Assembly: GCF_004010195.1 (NCBI RefSeq)
Contig: NC_057719.1
Span: 28,629,153-28,692,026, forward strand
Reading direction: 5' to 3'
DNA: 62,874 bases
Source: Chiloscyllium plagiosum
Taxonomy: Eukaryota
This document shows positions 1 through 13,049 of the stretch, piece by piece. The translations under genes and the position numbers were made by a program. Numbering within the stretch: position 1 is the first letter of the stretch; every line of letters begins with the position of its first letter. The notes under the pieces are model-generated. The model saw only the letters and a list, made by a program, of their open reading frames with translations. It did not search any database and had not been told where the DNA came from.

Positions 1-1237
1 GAAGAGGTTTCTCCTCAACTCTGTTCTAAGTAGCGTACCCCTTATTTTAAACTCTGTCCTCTGGTTCGGGACTCACCCATCAGCAGAAACTTGCTTCCTG
101 CCTCCAGAGTGTCCAATCCTTTAATAATCTTATACTTCTCAATTAGATCCCCTCTCAGCCTTCTAAACTCAAGCGTATACAAGCCCAGTCGCTCCAATCT
201 TTCAACGTAAGATAGTCCCGCCATTCTGGGAATTGACCTCGTAAACCTATGCTTCACTCCCTCAATAGCCAGAATGTCTTTCCTCAAATTTGGAGACCCA
301 AACTGCGCACAATACTCCAGGTGTGGTCTCACCAGGGCCTGGTACAGCTGCAGAAGAGCCTCTTTGCTTCTATACTCAATTCCTCTTGTTAGGAAGGCCA
401 GCACGCTATTAGCTTTCTTCACTGCCTGCTGTACCTGCATGCTTGCCTTCATTGACTGATGTACAAGAACACCTAGATCTCGTTGTACCGTTCCTTTACC
501 TAACTTGACTCCATTTAGGTAGTAATCTGCCTTCCTGTTCTTGCCACCAAAGTGGATAACCACACATTTATCCATATTAAACTGCATCTGCCGTGCATCC
601 GTCCACTCACCTAGCCTGTCCAGGTTACCCTGTATTCTCCTAACATCCTCCTCACATTTCACCCTGCCACCCAGCTCTGTCATCAGCAAAATTGATAATA
701 TTACTTCTAATACCTTCATCTATATCATTAATGTACATTGTAAAAAGCAGCGGTCCAGCACTGATCCCTGCGGCACACCACTGGTCACCACCTGCCATTT
801 CGAAAGGGAGCCGAATATCACTACTCTTTGTTTCCTGTCAGCCAACCAATTTTCAATCCATCCCCTAATACCATGTGCCCTAATTTTGCTCACTAACCTC
901 CTATTTGGGACTTTATCAAAGGCTTTCTGAAAGTCTAGGTATGCTACACCCACTGGATCTCCCTTGTCCATCTTCAGAGTTACATCCTCAAAAAATTCCA
1001 GAAGATTAGTCAAGCATGATTTCCCCTTCATAAATCTCTGCTGACTCTGACCTATCCTGTTACTGCTATCCAGATGTGTCGTAATTTCGTCCTTTATAAT
1101 TGACTCCAGCACTTTTCCCACCACTGAGGTCAGACTAACTGGTGTATAATTCTCTGTTTTCTCTCTCCCTCCTTTCTTAAAAAGTGGGACAACATTAGCC
1201 ACCCTCCAATCCACAGGAACTGATCCTGAATCTATAC
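1..1237 (-). mobile_element. CR1-clade LINE ORF2 (reverse transcriptase) fragment, frameshifted
   Basis: ORFs 720..1214 and 42..719 carry CR1 RT motifs: NYTPVSLTSVVGKVLE, YLDFQKAFDKVP, SGVPQGSVL, RDLGVLV, LVRPHLEYC, LEFRRLRGDLIE. Confidence 0.95.
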
Positions 1238-1441
1238 AGACCCCCTAATACTAAGAGGGAAATTGAGAAACAAATATGGAAGGAGATCTCAGTTATCTGT
1301 AAGAATAATAGGGTGGTTATGATAGGAGATTTCAACTTTCCAAACAGAGACTGGGACTGCCAGAGTGTTAAGGGTTTAGATGGAGAGGAAGATTTTCTGA
1401 TTCAGTATGTGGATGTACCTACGAGAGAAGGTGCAAAACTT
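1238..1441 (+). mobile_element. CR1 LINE APE endonuclease fragment
   Basis: Translates to VMIGDFNFPNRDW...QYVDVPTREGAKL (GDFN motif and CR1 endonuclease C-terminal motif). Confidence 0.85.
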
Positions 1442-2226
1442 AGAGTCATAGAGATGTACAGCACGGAAACAGACCCTTCGGTCCAATTCATCCATGCAGA
1501 CCAGATATCCTAACCCAATCTAGTCCCACATGCCAGCACCTGGCCCATATCCCTCCAAATCCTTCCTATTCATATACCTATCCAGATGTCTTTTAAATGT
1601 TGCAATTGTACCAGCCTCTACCACTTACTCTGGCAGCTCATTCCATACACATACCACCATCTGAGTGAAAAGGTTGTCCCTTAGGTCGCTTTTATAGCTT
1701 TTCCCTCTCACTCTAAACCTATGTCCTCTGGTTCTGGACTCCAACACCCCAGGGAAAATACTTTATCAACAGTGGCCTAACCAATGTCCTGTACAGCTGT
1801 AACATAACCTCCCAACTCCTGTACTCAATACTCTTGACCAATAAAGGAAAGCATACCAAACACCTTCTTCACTATCCTATCAACCTGCGACTCCACTTTC
1901 AAGGAGCTATGAACCTGCACTCCAAGGTCTCTTTGTTCAGCAACACTCCCTAGGACATTACTAAGATTTGCTAAGATTTGCTTTCCCAAAATGCAGCACC
2001 TCACATTTATCTAAATTAAACTCCATCTGCCACTTCTCTGCCCATTAGCCCATCTGATCAAGATCCCGTTGTAATCTGAGGTAAGCTTCTTCGCTGTCCA
2101 CTACACTTCCAATTTTAGCTTCATCTGCAAACTTATTAACTGTATCTCTTATGCTCACATGCAAATCATTTATATACATGATGAAAAGTAGTGGACCCAG
2201 CACCAATCCCTGCGGCACTCCACCGG
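1442..2226 (-). mobile_element. HER1/CR1 LINE 3' fragment with internal deletion
   Basis: Begins with the reverse complement of the (CTATGACT)n tail (agagtcatagagatgtacagcac); RT remnant runs back to the GVPQGLVLGP motif. Confidence 0.9.
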
Positions 2227-3380
2227 TTTACAAACCAGTGAGCCTGACATCGGTGGTGGCCAAGTTGTTGGAGGGAATCCTGAGGGACAGGATGTACATG
2301 TATTTGGAAAGGCAAGGACTGATTAGGGATAGTCAACATGGCTTTGTGTGTGGGAAATCATGTCTCACAAACTTGATTGAGTTTTGTGAAGAAGTAACAG
2401 AGGATTGATGAGGGCAGAGCGGTAGATATGATTCTAAATGGACTTCAGTTAGGTGTTCGACAATTAGGTGTTCGGTAATTACTAACCATGGGAGACTGGT
2501 TAGTAAGGTTAGATCTCACGGAATACAGGGAGAACTAATCATTTGATTACAGAACTGGCTAAAAGGTAGAAGACAGAGGATGGTGATGGAGAGTTGTTTT
2601 TCAGACTGGAAGCCTGTGACCGGTAGAGTGCCACAAGGATCAGTGCTGGGTCCACTATTTTTCATCATTTATGCAAATAATTTGGATGTGAGCTTAAGAG
2701 GTGTCGCCAGTAAGTTTGTAGATGACACCAAAATTGGAGGTAGTGGACAGCGAAGGAGGTTACCTCAGATTACAACGGGATCTTGATCAGATTGGCCGGT
2801 AGGCTGAGAATTAGCAGATGGAGTTTAATTTAGATAAACGTGAGGTGCTGCATTTTGGGAAAGCAAATCTTAGCAGGATTTATACACTTAATGGTAAGGT
2901 CATAGGGAGTGTTGCTGAACAAAGAGACCTTGGAGTGCAGGTTCACAGTTCCTTGAAAGTGGAGTCGCAGGTAGATAGGATTGAGAAGGCGGCATTTGGT
3001 ATGCTTTCCTTTACTGGTCAGAGTATTGAGTACAAGAGTTGGGAGGTCATTGGTTAGGCCACTGTTGGAATATTATGTGCAATTCTGGTCTCCTTCCTAT
3101 CGGAAAATTGTTGTGAAACTTGAAAGGGTTCAGAAAAGATTTACAAGGAAGTTGCCAGGGTTGGAGGATTTGAGCTACAGGGAGTGGTTGAATAGGCTAG
3201 AGGCTGGTACAATTGCAACATTTAAAAGGCATTTGGATGAGTATATGAATAGGAAGGGCTTGGAGGGATATGGACCGGGTGGTGGAAGGCGGGACTCGAT
3301 TGGGTTCGGATATCTGGTCGGCATGGACGGGTTGGACCGAAGGGTCTGTTTTCGTGCTGTACATCTCTATGACTCTATGA
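2227..3380 (+). mobile_element. HER1/CR1 LINE RT-to-3'-end fragment
   Basis: YKPVSLTSVVAKLLE, VPQGSVLGPL, KFVDDTKI, QRDLGVQV; ends in ctctatgactctatga tail. Confidence 0.95.
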
Positions 3381-4929
3381 CCCAATTCTGCAAATTGTAC
3401 AGGAAGAATTCATTGTAAAATCAACTATATTATCTTATGATTTGGCTGTGTTTACTATGATGCACAATTCTGAGATTTGAGAGCTGAAGTATTTTAATAC
3501 AGTTTTATTTTGAGAAAATTGCGTATTATGGTAGTGTTTAAATGAAGGGCACTGAAATCTCAAGAACTTGTAAAAAGCAATATAGCAAAAAAATTATGGA
3601 GCTAAATATTTAATTACTAAAAATATTTTCTTGGTATGGCTTAGTAAACTGAGATGCAAATAAAACATTTGAGGCAATTTTCTTTCAGAAGTAGCCAAGG
3701 ATAATAAAGATGTGTTTCAGTTTGTAATATTTAATTGATGGATTTAATTTTTCACTCAAGGTGAAGATTCAAATTTGTTACTTGAATCTGTGTTATGATC
3801 TGTAATGCACAGTCTGAAAGAATGGTAGATGCAACTTCAACAGTGATTGTCTAAAATACATTGGATATGTACTTAAGAACAAAAATAAATGCATGACTAT
3901 GGTGAAAGACTCAGAGAGTAGAACAATTACAATAACTTTTTGAAAAACTGTCATGAAGGCAATAGGCCACTAGGTCTCTTCCCATGCTGTGATTCTGTGT
4001 GTTGAGTGATGTCTTATGGTCAGTATGCCCTTAAGAAACATGCAGGATGGTGTGTGAACTGATGGAACTCTTATTTTATCTTACCTCTGATCACTTTTAA
4101 GTATGACACTATACTGAAAGCATGTTTCTCAATTGTAACCTAATAGGCTGATATTAGCCCAGACACTTGTATGCTTGGGGATATATGTTTGTAAATAATA
4201 GTTTGTGTAACAAATATTTGTTGATTCTTCAACACCATAATACCTATGCTTAATTTCATATGGGAGATAACAAGCATTGCTGCATTACCTAATAGAACCT
4301 ATTGGAGACAAAGTCACTCCAGGTGGCACCAAGGGCTGTCTATAAAAAATACTCCAATTTCCTGGTGATAGACATTTGCAAAACTAAGTAAAGACCAACA
4401 GCACAACAGTTTTGGACAGAGAATTTGGACAAAAGGAGAGTTGCTCACTCTTGAGCAGCATCTATTTCTAAGAATAAAGAAAACTATGCAGATCTATAGA
4501 TAGGATACTTATGACTAAGAAAACAAAGATCATTTCTTTTGAGTAGGATAAAAGTTCTTTCACTATAAAATAAATTTAAGATTGCATTACTTAAAACAAA
4601 AAGGTGTAAATGCATTCTTGAGCTGAAATACAAAGCCACTGCACTGTAATAAGAAAAACTGGAAGATTGGAACCCTTTATTTCTGATAGTTGATACAAAA
4701 GTAATAATCTCTTGTAACAACAGCTGCAAAGAAAGTATCATTAAGGAAAGAACAACGTTGTATTTCCACTTATGCAAAGTCAAGATCTTACGGTTTAAGG
4801 CGATACAGGCCAATATTTTTAAAATGGAATTATAGATAGTAGAAACCTCATTATGATTGGGTATCCAGTGACAGCCTTACTGAATTATAACTGTTCAAAT
4901 AATGTATGCAGTTCTATCTTACACATCAA

Positions 4930-6090
4930 ATGATAGATGATCCCAAGAAAAGAGCGCTAAAAATCTTGCTCGTCACTCGCAAGGATGGATCAAAGAAGTA
5001 ACACATCTGGGCTTTTCATTGATGATCAGAAAGATCCAGATAAAATCTAGAAGGTTCTTGAAGACAAATCCAAGGTAAGAATTAACTTAATAGTTAACAG
5101 ATTCCAACTCATGTCTTACACAAGCAATTCCAGTTTGCTGAATAGATTATTGGAAGATGCCTCAGCAAAAGTCATGAATGATTTTTCTGAAGAGAGACTG
5201 TCAGAGAGGCTCATTAAAGTAGTTCCAAAGACCAAGTCAGAGACCAGAACAAAACAAAGGCGACCAACAAGTTGGTGTAACTCCACAACAATGTCAGCAA
5301 GGATATTGTTAACAAAATGCACAAGCACAAACAAAAACACCTCAATGAGGTTCAGAGTCAACCAAAATTTCCATGTTATTAAACGTGCACACCATACCAA
5401 CAATAGAAGGAGTACTAACCTTTTACAATTATTAATATAATTTGTCCTGAAAAGATAGGTCAATACACACTAAAGCCAAAATCAACAAAAGGAACTGGCG
5501 CTAACATTTTACTGCCAAGCATCCTGGAAGACATATACCTCAGCAATCACGAGTTCCATGCATTGTCAATATCACATTGTAGTGTTAATATGCAAGCACC
5601 TTAGTTTCCCAATATCCCTCTAGCTGGTAGATACTAATTGCTCAACACAGCAGAGCTCTGTATTCACAGATCTTAGTATACTCATAATTCATGAGTTCAA
5701 AATTACACCCAGCACGGCAGAACAGACCATGTTATGGCAAAACCAGAAGTCAACACGCTTCAACACCTATATTGCAACAGTTTTGTTGGAATCAGCAATT
5801 TTAAGGATGATGTGACATTGCATCCTAAGGAGATATAACCCCATTCATTGATCCTACAAGGAACTATAGTGTGCACATTCAGGAGAAGGTTCAAGTGCAA
5901 CTGAATGAGATGAAGCGAAATGGTATAATTCGAAAGGTCAAACACAGCGCAAAATGACATAACTCCATCACATGCACTTTAAAGATGGCACCATGACAGT
6001 AGGTCTCAATCCGTCACTCAAAAGGTGTCCAAACAAAATACCACTTAAATCCAAAGTTTTCAAAAGCAAGAATTTATTCTCCCAAGCTTT
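4930..6090 (+). mobile_element. Degenerate Ty3/Gypsy LTR retrotransposon gag-pol relic
   Basis: From 5841 the + strand reads PFIDPTRNYSVHIQEKVQVQLNEMKRNGIIRKVK, then after a stop and frameshift KDGTMTVGLNPSLKRCPNKIP. This matches the Gypsy RT N-terminus pattern (P..PPR...L..M...GII..V...KDG.IR.CLDP). The upstream part (FSEERLSERLI) is gag-like. Confidence 0.7.
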
Positions 6091-6312
6091 GCTGGCCGAA
6101 TAAAAGGAAAGTACTGTGGATGTTTCAGATTAAAATAAAAACAAAATTCTGAAGAAACTCAGCAGTGTTGGCAGCACCTGTAAAGAGAGAACAGAGGTTA
6201 CATTTCAAGTCTGATTGGACACATATTCAGCACTGAAGGGTCTGGGAAAAGTGATTGTTTTTATGCTGTTGAAAGAAGAAGGTTGAAAGACTAAGTGGAG
6301 CAGATGCTAAAG

Positions 6313-6840
6313 ATTCTGGTCTCCTTCCAATCAGAAGGATGCTGTGAAACCTGAAATTGTTCAGGAAAGATTTACAAGGATGTTGCCAGGGTTGGAGGAT
6401 TTGAACTATAGGGAGACGTTGAATAGGCTGGGACTGTTTTCTCTGGAGCGTCGGAGGCTGAGGGGTGGTCTTATAGAGGTTTATAAAATCATAAGGGGCA
6501 TGGATAGGGTAAATAGACAAGCTCTTTTCCCCAGGTTGAGAAGTCTAGAACTAGATGGCAGAGGTTTAGGGTGAGAAGGGAAAAATTTAAAAGGGACCTA
6601 AGAGGCAACTTTTTCACGCAGAGGGTAGACCATGTATGGAATGCGCTGCCAGAGAAAGTGGTGGAGGCTAGTACAATTGGAACATTTAAGTGCATCTGGA
6701 TGGGTCTGTGAATAGGATGTGTTTAGACGGGTACAGGCCAAGTGCTGGCAAATGGGACTAGATTAGTTTAGGATATCTGGTTGGCATGGATGAGTTGGAC
6801 TGAAAGATCTGTTTCCATGCTGTAGATCTCTATGACTCCA
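6313..6840 (+). mobile_element. HER1/CR1 LINE 3' fragment inserted in a decayed Penelope-like repeat (about 6135-6312 and 6841-7130)
   Basis: RFTRMLPGLEDLNYRETLNRLGLFSLERRRLRGGLIEVYKI; tail ctctatgactccat. Confidence 0.9.
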
Positions 6841-7397
6841 TGTGCAAAAACAAAAGATAAAGGTAGTGCTAATGGTCGGAAAAGAAATATAGATGAAGAG
6901 GCATTAATTGCAGGAAATAGGTCAGGTCTACTGAGTGTAAACCCATAAAAATCAGATGCATAGAGGGGGAGGAGTTGGTGGTTGTAATCAAGAACACCCT
7001 CATGAAGAGAGAAGCACAAGATAAGAATGCGGTTTGGAGAGGGAGAATTGAGCCACAACCTACATTAGACAGACAACTAAAAATACTGAACCAAATTTTA
7101 GACAACTATATCCTGTTGATAATGAAAATGGGTCGGGGGCCCTTGAAGAATCATAATTTCCCAAATTACACAGAATAATGAGACTTCTGTATTTCCTATG
7201 GGAGAGAATTGCCTTTTAAACTAAGGCACACTTTAAAAAGTGCATTGTGCAAGAAAACAAGATTTAAACAATCATTTCATCTCATTTACCCTCTTCAGGG
7301 TGAAGAAAATCTGCAGTAGAAACTAAAATCTACTCAACTGACTCTTCCCCACCTTGTTCTCTTCCCCCACCCCACCCTAAGCAACAACTTCAGAAAC

Positions 7398-7575
7398 AGC
7401 TGACGTTTTGAGTCTGACCCTTTGTCAAAGCTGACAAAGCCAAGCTTTGACAAGGGTCAGTTAGAATCGAAACGTCAGCTCTTTTCTCTCCTTACAGATG
7501 CTGCCAGACCTGCTGAGATTTTCCAGCGTTTTCTCTTTTGGTTTCAGATTCCAGCATCCGCAGTAATTTGCTTTT
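7398..7575 (+). mobile_element. Short Penelope-like element (pLTR) with inverted 5' arm and TSD
   Basis: 7398-7432 is an inverted copy of 7443-7480; hammerhead-like ...GAAACGTC motif; flanking near-direct repeat aacttc(a/g)gaaaca at 7386-7398 and 7576-7588. Confidence 0.75.
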
Positions 7576-8689
7576 AACTTCGGAAACATCTCTGCCTTTT
7601 TCAAAGTCAGTTTCTCCCTCTTTTTCCTTTGGGATCTTTCTTTGGTACAAAATTCTAGGTTACTTGTAGAACATATTACCAGACTATTAACATTTATTTA
7701 ACTGAGCTTTAAGCTCAAAGCTCAAAATGAAAGTTAAAATAAATAAAGCCCTCTTGGAGGTTATTTTACAATATGTATCTGAATGTCCAATAAGTACAAC
7801 TGCTAAATAGTTTCAAAATATGGTCCTTTCTTAAGGACTGGCATAACTTAGGCATATCAATGATGATGAGCTGTTTTCTTGTTTTGAAATTATGTATCAG
7901 ACTTTATAACACTACACACTACCTTTCTCCTTTCTGCTCTTTAATACTGCTGAGCACAACTGAGTCTGGAGCTGGACAACAGGAAGTAAGATTTTATGTT
8001 TTGTAACATAAACTCGTAAAATGGAAGGAACGTCATAACATGTTGTGCAGTTCAAGGTTTTTGAACAATTATTTATTGATTGATATGTATAACTCAGAAC
8101 ACCAATTGAAATACAGGTGCTCTGTTATGTAATTGTAAAGCTGTAATACTTTACCATATCATTGACAAAGGTTTCTTATTTTAATGTTTCAACACACAAG
8201 GTATTCAGAATTCGGAAAAGGCTGAAAATCCTTGGCATACATTTTAAATTATATTTTATAGAGCTAAATGTCATTTATTCAAACATGGCAAAACAGGTAA
8301 GAATGTGTCAAGTGGATAATTAAACCAAAGGCAACACTGTTCAGCCATTATCAGTGAATTTTCAGCACTATTTTGCTTCCCTATTTGGGCATAACGGTAC
8401 ATGCTCACAATTCTAACAGCTGTCATCCATTCAATTACGCTTTGCAAAAAACTGCAAGCTGTATAAATATTCCCCTAGCAACCATATGGCCACCAATAAA
8501 AAAGAACTAAATTAGCCAACTAAAATAAGCCATGTTTTCAATTGAGAGCAACACTAAAGTATTCTGCTTCTTTGCAAACATGTTCTGTCTCGTATCAAAT
8601 TTACATCATGTATGAATAGGAGTCCATATTAGATGCACCAATGTGACCAAATAATGCACTTGTTGCTCATTCAGTTGATCCACACACAA

Positions 8690-9350
8690 CTTTTATTTAC
8701 ATAGTACATTCAATGAGATAAAACGTCTCATTGTGTCACAGAGACATTATAGAAGAAAATATGACACTGCAACATTAAGGGGGATATTAGGGCAAATGAC
8801 AAAAAGTTTGGTCAAAGAGGTTGGTTTTAAGGAACGTCTTAAAGGAGGAAAGTGAAGTGGCAAGATGGTGAGATTTCTTAGGGGAGAATTCCAGAGTTTA
8901 GGACCTAGGGAATGGAAAGTATGGCTACCAGTGATAAATCAATTAAAATTACGCATCCTCAACAGGTCAGAATTAGAAACATGTAGATACTTCTTGAGGT
9001 TTATCAGATTGCACGATGCTATAAGAGTACTGAGACTGTCCAAGCAGATGTGGATTTAAGGACAATGAGAAGAATTTTAAAAGGTGTTCTTTAAACAGGA
9101 GTGAGCTTCGGTTATCAAGCCCACAGGTGATAGGTGAACAGTACTGTTGCAATTTAAGATACAGTGGCAGAGGTTTGAATGAAAATTAGAAATGTGAGAC
9201 GCCAATCAGGAGTGCATTAGAATAGTTAAGGTTGGGAGCAGCAAAGGAGCTGAGGCAGACAGAGTTGGAAACATGGGGCCTTCGAGACAGCACAGATAAG
9301 TGGTTGAAAGCACATCCTGGGATCAAATCTATCGCAACAGTTCTGAAGAA
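8690..9350 (-). mobile_element. L2-clade LINE 3' remnant
   Basis: Minus-strand translation includes LNYSNALLIG (RLDYCNSLL-type L2 motif); resembles 29640-30950. Confidence 0.6.
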
Positions 9351-10829
9351 GTTAATGCTCATGTTACATTGAGCTCCACCCATTCCATTAATCTACATAG
9401 AGCCTGTGGATGGAGATAATGAGTTCTATACTAACCTTCACACGGTGCAGATGTGTTCTCTTCTGCTCCCAAAGAGGCTTGGTAATTATGCCTAGCTGGT
9501 AATGCAGTTGTACTTATTGTTAGCATGCAATAAACCATCTTGTAAACTCAGAACAGTGCCGCTTTCTCTTAAGACTATATGGTCATGTGTCCTCTACTAC
9601 TGATTATTGGTCAGACCCTAGAAAAACTATACACAGAGGAGTATGGGTGGCAGCAAACTATCTCAAACAACTCTTCATCTGAACTACATACTGACAGAAG
9701 TGACACATACCACAAGGTGCTAGTAGCAGCAGTGTACGTGACTGCCAAATAGACAGGGTGTGTAAAAGAAACCTTGCAACCACCAGGTAACTGTGCAGGA
9801 ATAGGAATAACAGTCAGTGATGGCAATTTTCTGACTATGATTAAATAGATAATAATGAAAAGAGGCACACGCATTGCTACCTAGCTGGGGCAAGGTATAT
9901 AGGCATTGGAGGAAGATGATGTGATCAACTGTGGCAAAGAGCCACACACAGATTAGCAGGATGAGTGGGAATAATTTGTTTCTCTGGTAGTTACATAGAA
10001 CATCATTTGTGATTTTTATGAGTTATTTTGGTACTATGGCAGGGACAGGAAACTGATTAGATGGAATCAAAGCTGGTGTTCACAAAATATGGGCATGTAT
10101 TTGGGAGAGACATCATGTTGGAAGATGTTAGTCTAAAATCCACCAGATCACAGGCATATATCCACTAATTGAGAGGTGCAAATACAATGGGGAAAAAAAC
10201 GAGAAAACATTTGAGAAAAACAGTGAAAAGGTAAAACATCAAAGGGGGAAGATATTTGAAAATTCTTTTGAGCCACAAAAAGACAGACAACCCAAAAACA
10301 GAAAGTGAATTCGACTGCCAAAGTATGTCTGAAATTAGGAGGTGATTTTCCATTTGTTTCTATTTTCATAAGCCTCATTTGCCAAACACTGAAAGGATAG
10401 AGGCACAGAACTACTCAGAGGTTAAGAGCTCTTAGACATGACTGAATTGACCTTAAAATAAAGGCATGCATTATATCTGCTGCAGCATCAGAGTGTAACA
10501 GGACTCTTTACTAATTTTCTCAGAAATCCAATACATTTTTATGGTGTCAATAAACCAAGGTATATAGATTCTCTCTATATTAAATCAATTCAATTTGTTC
10601 AGGATCAGGGATCAATCACCTCGCATGGAGATGGACACAAAGTTCTTTGGAATTTGCTAGCCTAGATGACTGTGAACATTCCATCATGGGGTATACTCAA
10701 GCCTAGCAGGAAATCTTAGGAACAAAGAATTTGGGAAGTGGTTGGGAAAATGGAGTTGAGACAAAAGATCAGTCCTGATCATTCTGAAAGGTCGAACAGG
10801 TTCTAAGGGATCATTTGGTCTTTTTTTCA

Positions 10830-11100
10830 TTTTGTCATGGGAAGTGCTCTGTGCCACTATTTATTTGCCATTCCTAGCTGCCCCTGAGAATGTGTTGGGC
10901 CTTCCTGAACTGCTGCAATCCATTTGGTGGTAGTCAAATCCACAATGCTGCGAGGAAGGGGATTTCAGGGTCATGACCCAGTGACACTGAAAGAACAATA
11001 ATATATTTCCAAGCGAGGACTATGAGTAGCTTGGTGTGGACCTTGCAGGTGGTGGTATTTCCGGGTACCTGCTGCCCTTGTCTTTCTAGATGGTAGTGAC
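10830..11100 (-). mobile_element. LINE 3' end of a second family (related pieces about 15420-15700, 16125-16350, and 56020-56155 on +)
   Basis: Shared sequence ttgccattcctagctgcccctgagaa / ttgcttatccctaataacccttgagaaggtggtg; the 16036..16272 ORF has IVMEYSPLS...TIQDKA, a LINE ORF2 C-terminal motif. Confidence 0.6.
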
Positions 11101-12810
11101 TTACTCTTGCTCTGACTTCTTATATCTTGCAACATTAATTAGAGATTAATACGCTTTCCACAGAAATAGCTTAACACAATCTAAGAGGTGAATCCTCTAC
11201 TTAAGTTTGAATCAACCCCTATTGATTCAATGTCTCCTGTTGTTATTTCACAACTATAATAGATTAGTGGACACTAGAGGGCAAAATTACAACATATTTT
11301 ACAACGTCCTTTCCCAAATGCAAAACATTTATTCGTTCTTTGAGGTGTCAAAAGAACGAAGCAATGCAAAGACAATGGGGTACAATTTGTGATAAGCAAG
11401 TACAAAACATAAATATATCAAATATAGTAACTTGCCAGTTTCATAAATTTTTAGTGTGCTTTCACTTAACTCAGCTGAATACAGAATCAGTAGCAAAATG
11501 ACAGCACAATATACTTTTCTATCAGCTCAAGCAGAATGTGTTTCATAATCATATTGTCTGATCCTGTACTTTGGCATTTTGTTGGCCTATAACACAAGCA
11601 GTACAACTGTGGAAAAAAAAGTCAAAAAACAAAATGCAACCCTGGCTTTCCAAGTCACATTATCCCATGTATAGTGGCATGGAAGAATACAGAAGTTGTA
11701 ATTCACCGTGCTTCCAAAATGTTTCTACTGATATTTTTCTCACACTGCTTCAATTTATCAACAATTTCCATTTCTTTTCCCATCTCATGTACATTAAAAC
11801 AACACACAGTAGGCATATATACTATCAGTCAGATGATCAGCACAGTATTTGATTGTATTTATTTCATAACATCTTGAATCAATTCAGGATGTTTTTGCTG
11901 TATATTGTAGAATGAAATTTATTTGAGGAGCCTGCACATTCAGCAAAGTAATTAGGTAATTCACAAAGAAACAGAATTTCAAAACATTAAACCTAAAACT
12001 AGATAAACCAGGATTACTAGATTTCATATTTTTGACCGAATAAACATGATGCATGTTGCCGTGAATTGATTAGACACCAAGAGAAAGGAGACATACCATG
12101 GGCAAAAAGCATTAAATCTTAGTCATTTATTCAATGCAATGATTCAATTATTAGGCAGGAGTAAAAAAGCTTGCTATTTAACTCAATTAAGAATCAGGCA
12201 TATATTTCTCAGAAAGAACAAGTTTCCAATAGGTGCTTTTTCTTGCTGGAAAACTCAGGTTATTTCCAGGAGAAGGGCAGGTGAAGCAATATGCATTTCT
12301 TTGAATAGAATACGTAAGTAATTGCTCAGGATTTTATGCTTGAAATTTTGGGAAAAAAATACACAATACAAAAAATACACTATATACAACAGTTTTTAAA
12401 GTTTGATCAACATCAGTGAAATCTCAATGTTCACTTATGCGACAGGCATACAATACAGCATACAGGAAGGATCCTTATTAAATTCTGCACAGCAAGATCT
12501 TTACACATGCCTCGGCTTCATTGTCATGGGGCTTTTCTTACGTTTATCCAAAGAGAAACAGTAGAATAAGGTCCAGTCCTCTTTCTATTTTACGTTCTTC
12601 GTTAGTCACTTTTTTCCTATTATACATGCTGCAGGGTGTAAATATGAGGCACAATGCAACCATGCACACAGAAGTTCAATGTTCCTTTTGCAATGTATAT
12701 TGCACAAAAAACATCATGCAAGTGTGCTGACTAGGTCCTGATGAAGTAAGAATGGTAATCTAGCCAAGGACTAACTTTTAAGTACATTCTGCTTATTGTT
12801 TAAAGTAATA

Positions 12811-13015
12811 TCAGTTAGCTCAGTTGGATGGAGGGCTGGTTTCCAATGCAGAGTGATTCCCCCAGCACGGATTCAATTCCTGCACTGGCTGGGGCTACTA
12901 TGAAGGAGTCTCCTTCTAAACATACCCCATTCCTTGAGGCTCAGATTAAAACACCACCAATTGTCTCTTTCTAACGAGAGTGCACCCTATGGTCTGGTAA
13001 GACTATGGAGGCTTT
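12811..13015 (+). mobile_element. tRNA-derived SINE (second copy at 45232-45435)
   Basis: A-box-like tagctcagttgg and B-box-like gattcaattcc; both copies end in tatggt(c/g)tggtaagacta...ttta. Confidence 0.7.
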
Positions 13016-13049
13016 ATTCAATAAGAGAAGGTTTAGACTGGTAGTGTCA

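Noticed and set aside
42..1214. 225-aa and 164-aa ORFs as host genes
   Set aside because: They are frameshifted pieces of CR1 reverse transcriptase.
1960..2475. Short tandem duplications (ctaagatttg x2; ttaggtgttcg x2)
   Set aside because: Ordinary slippage events within dead LINEs; no array or CRISPR-like structure.
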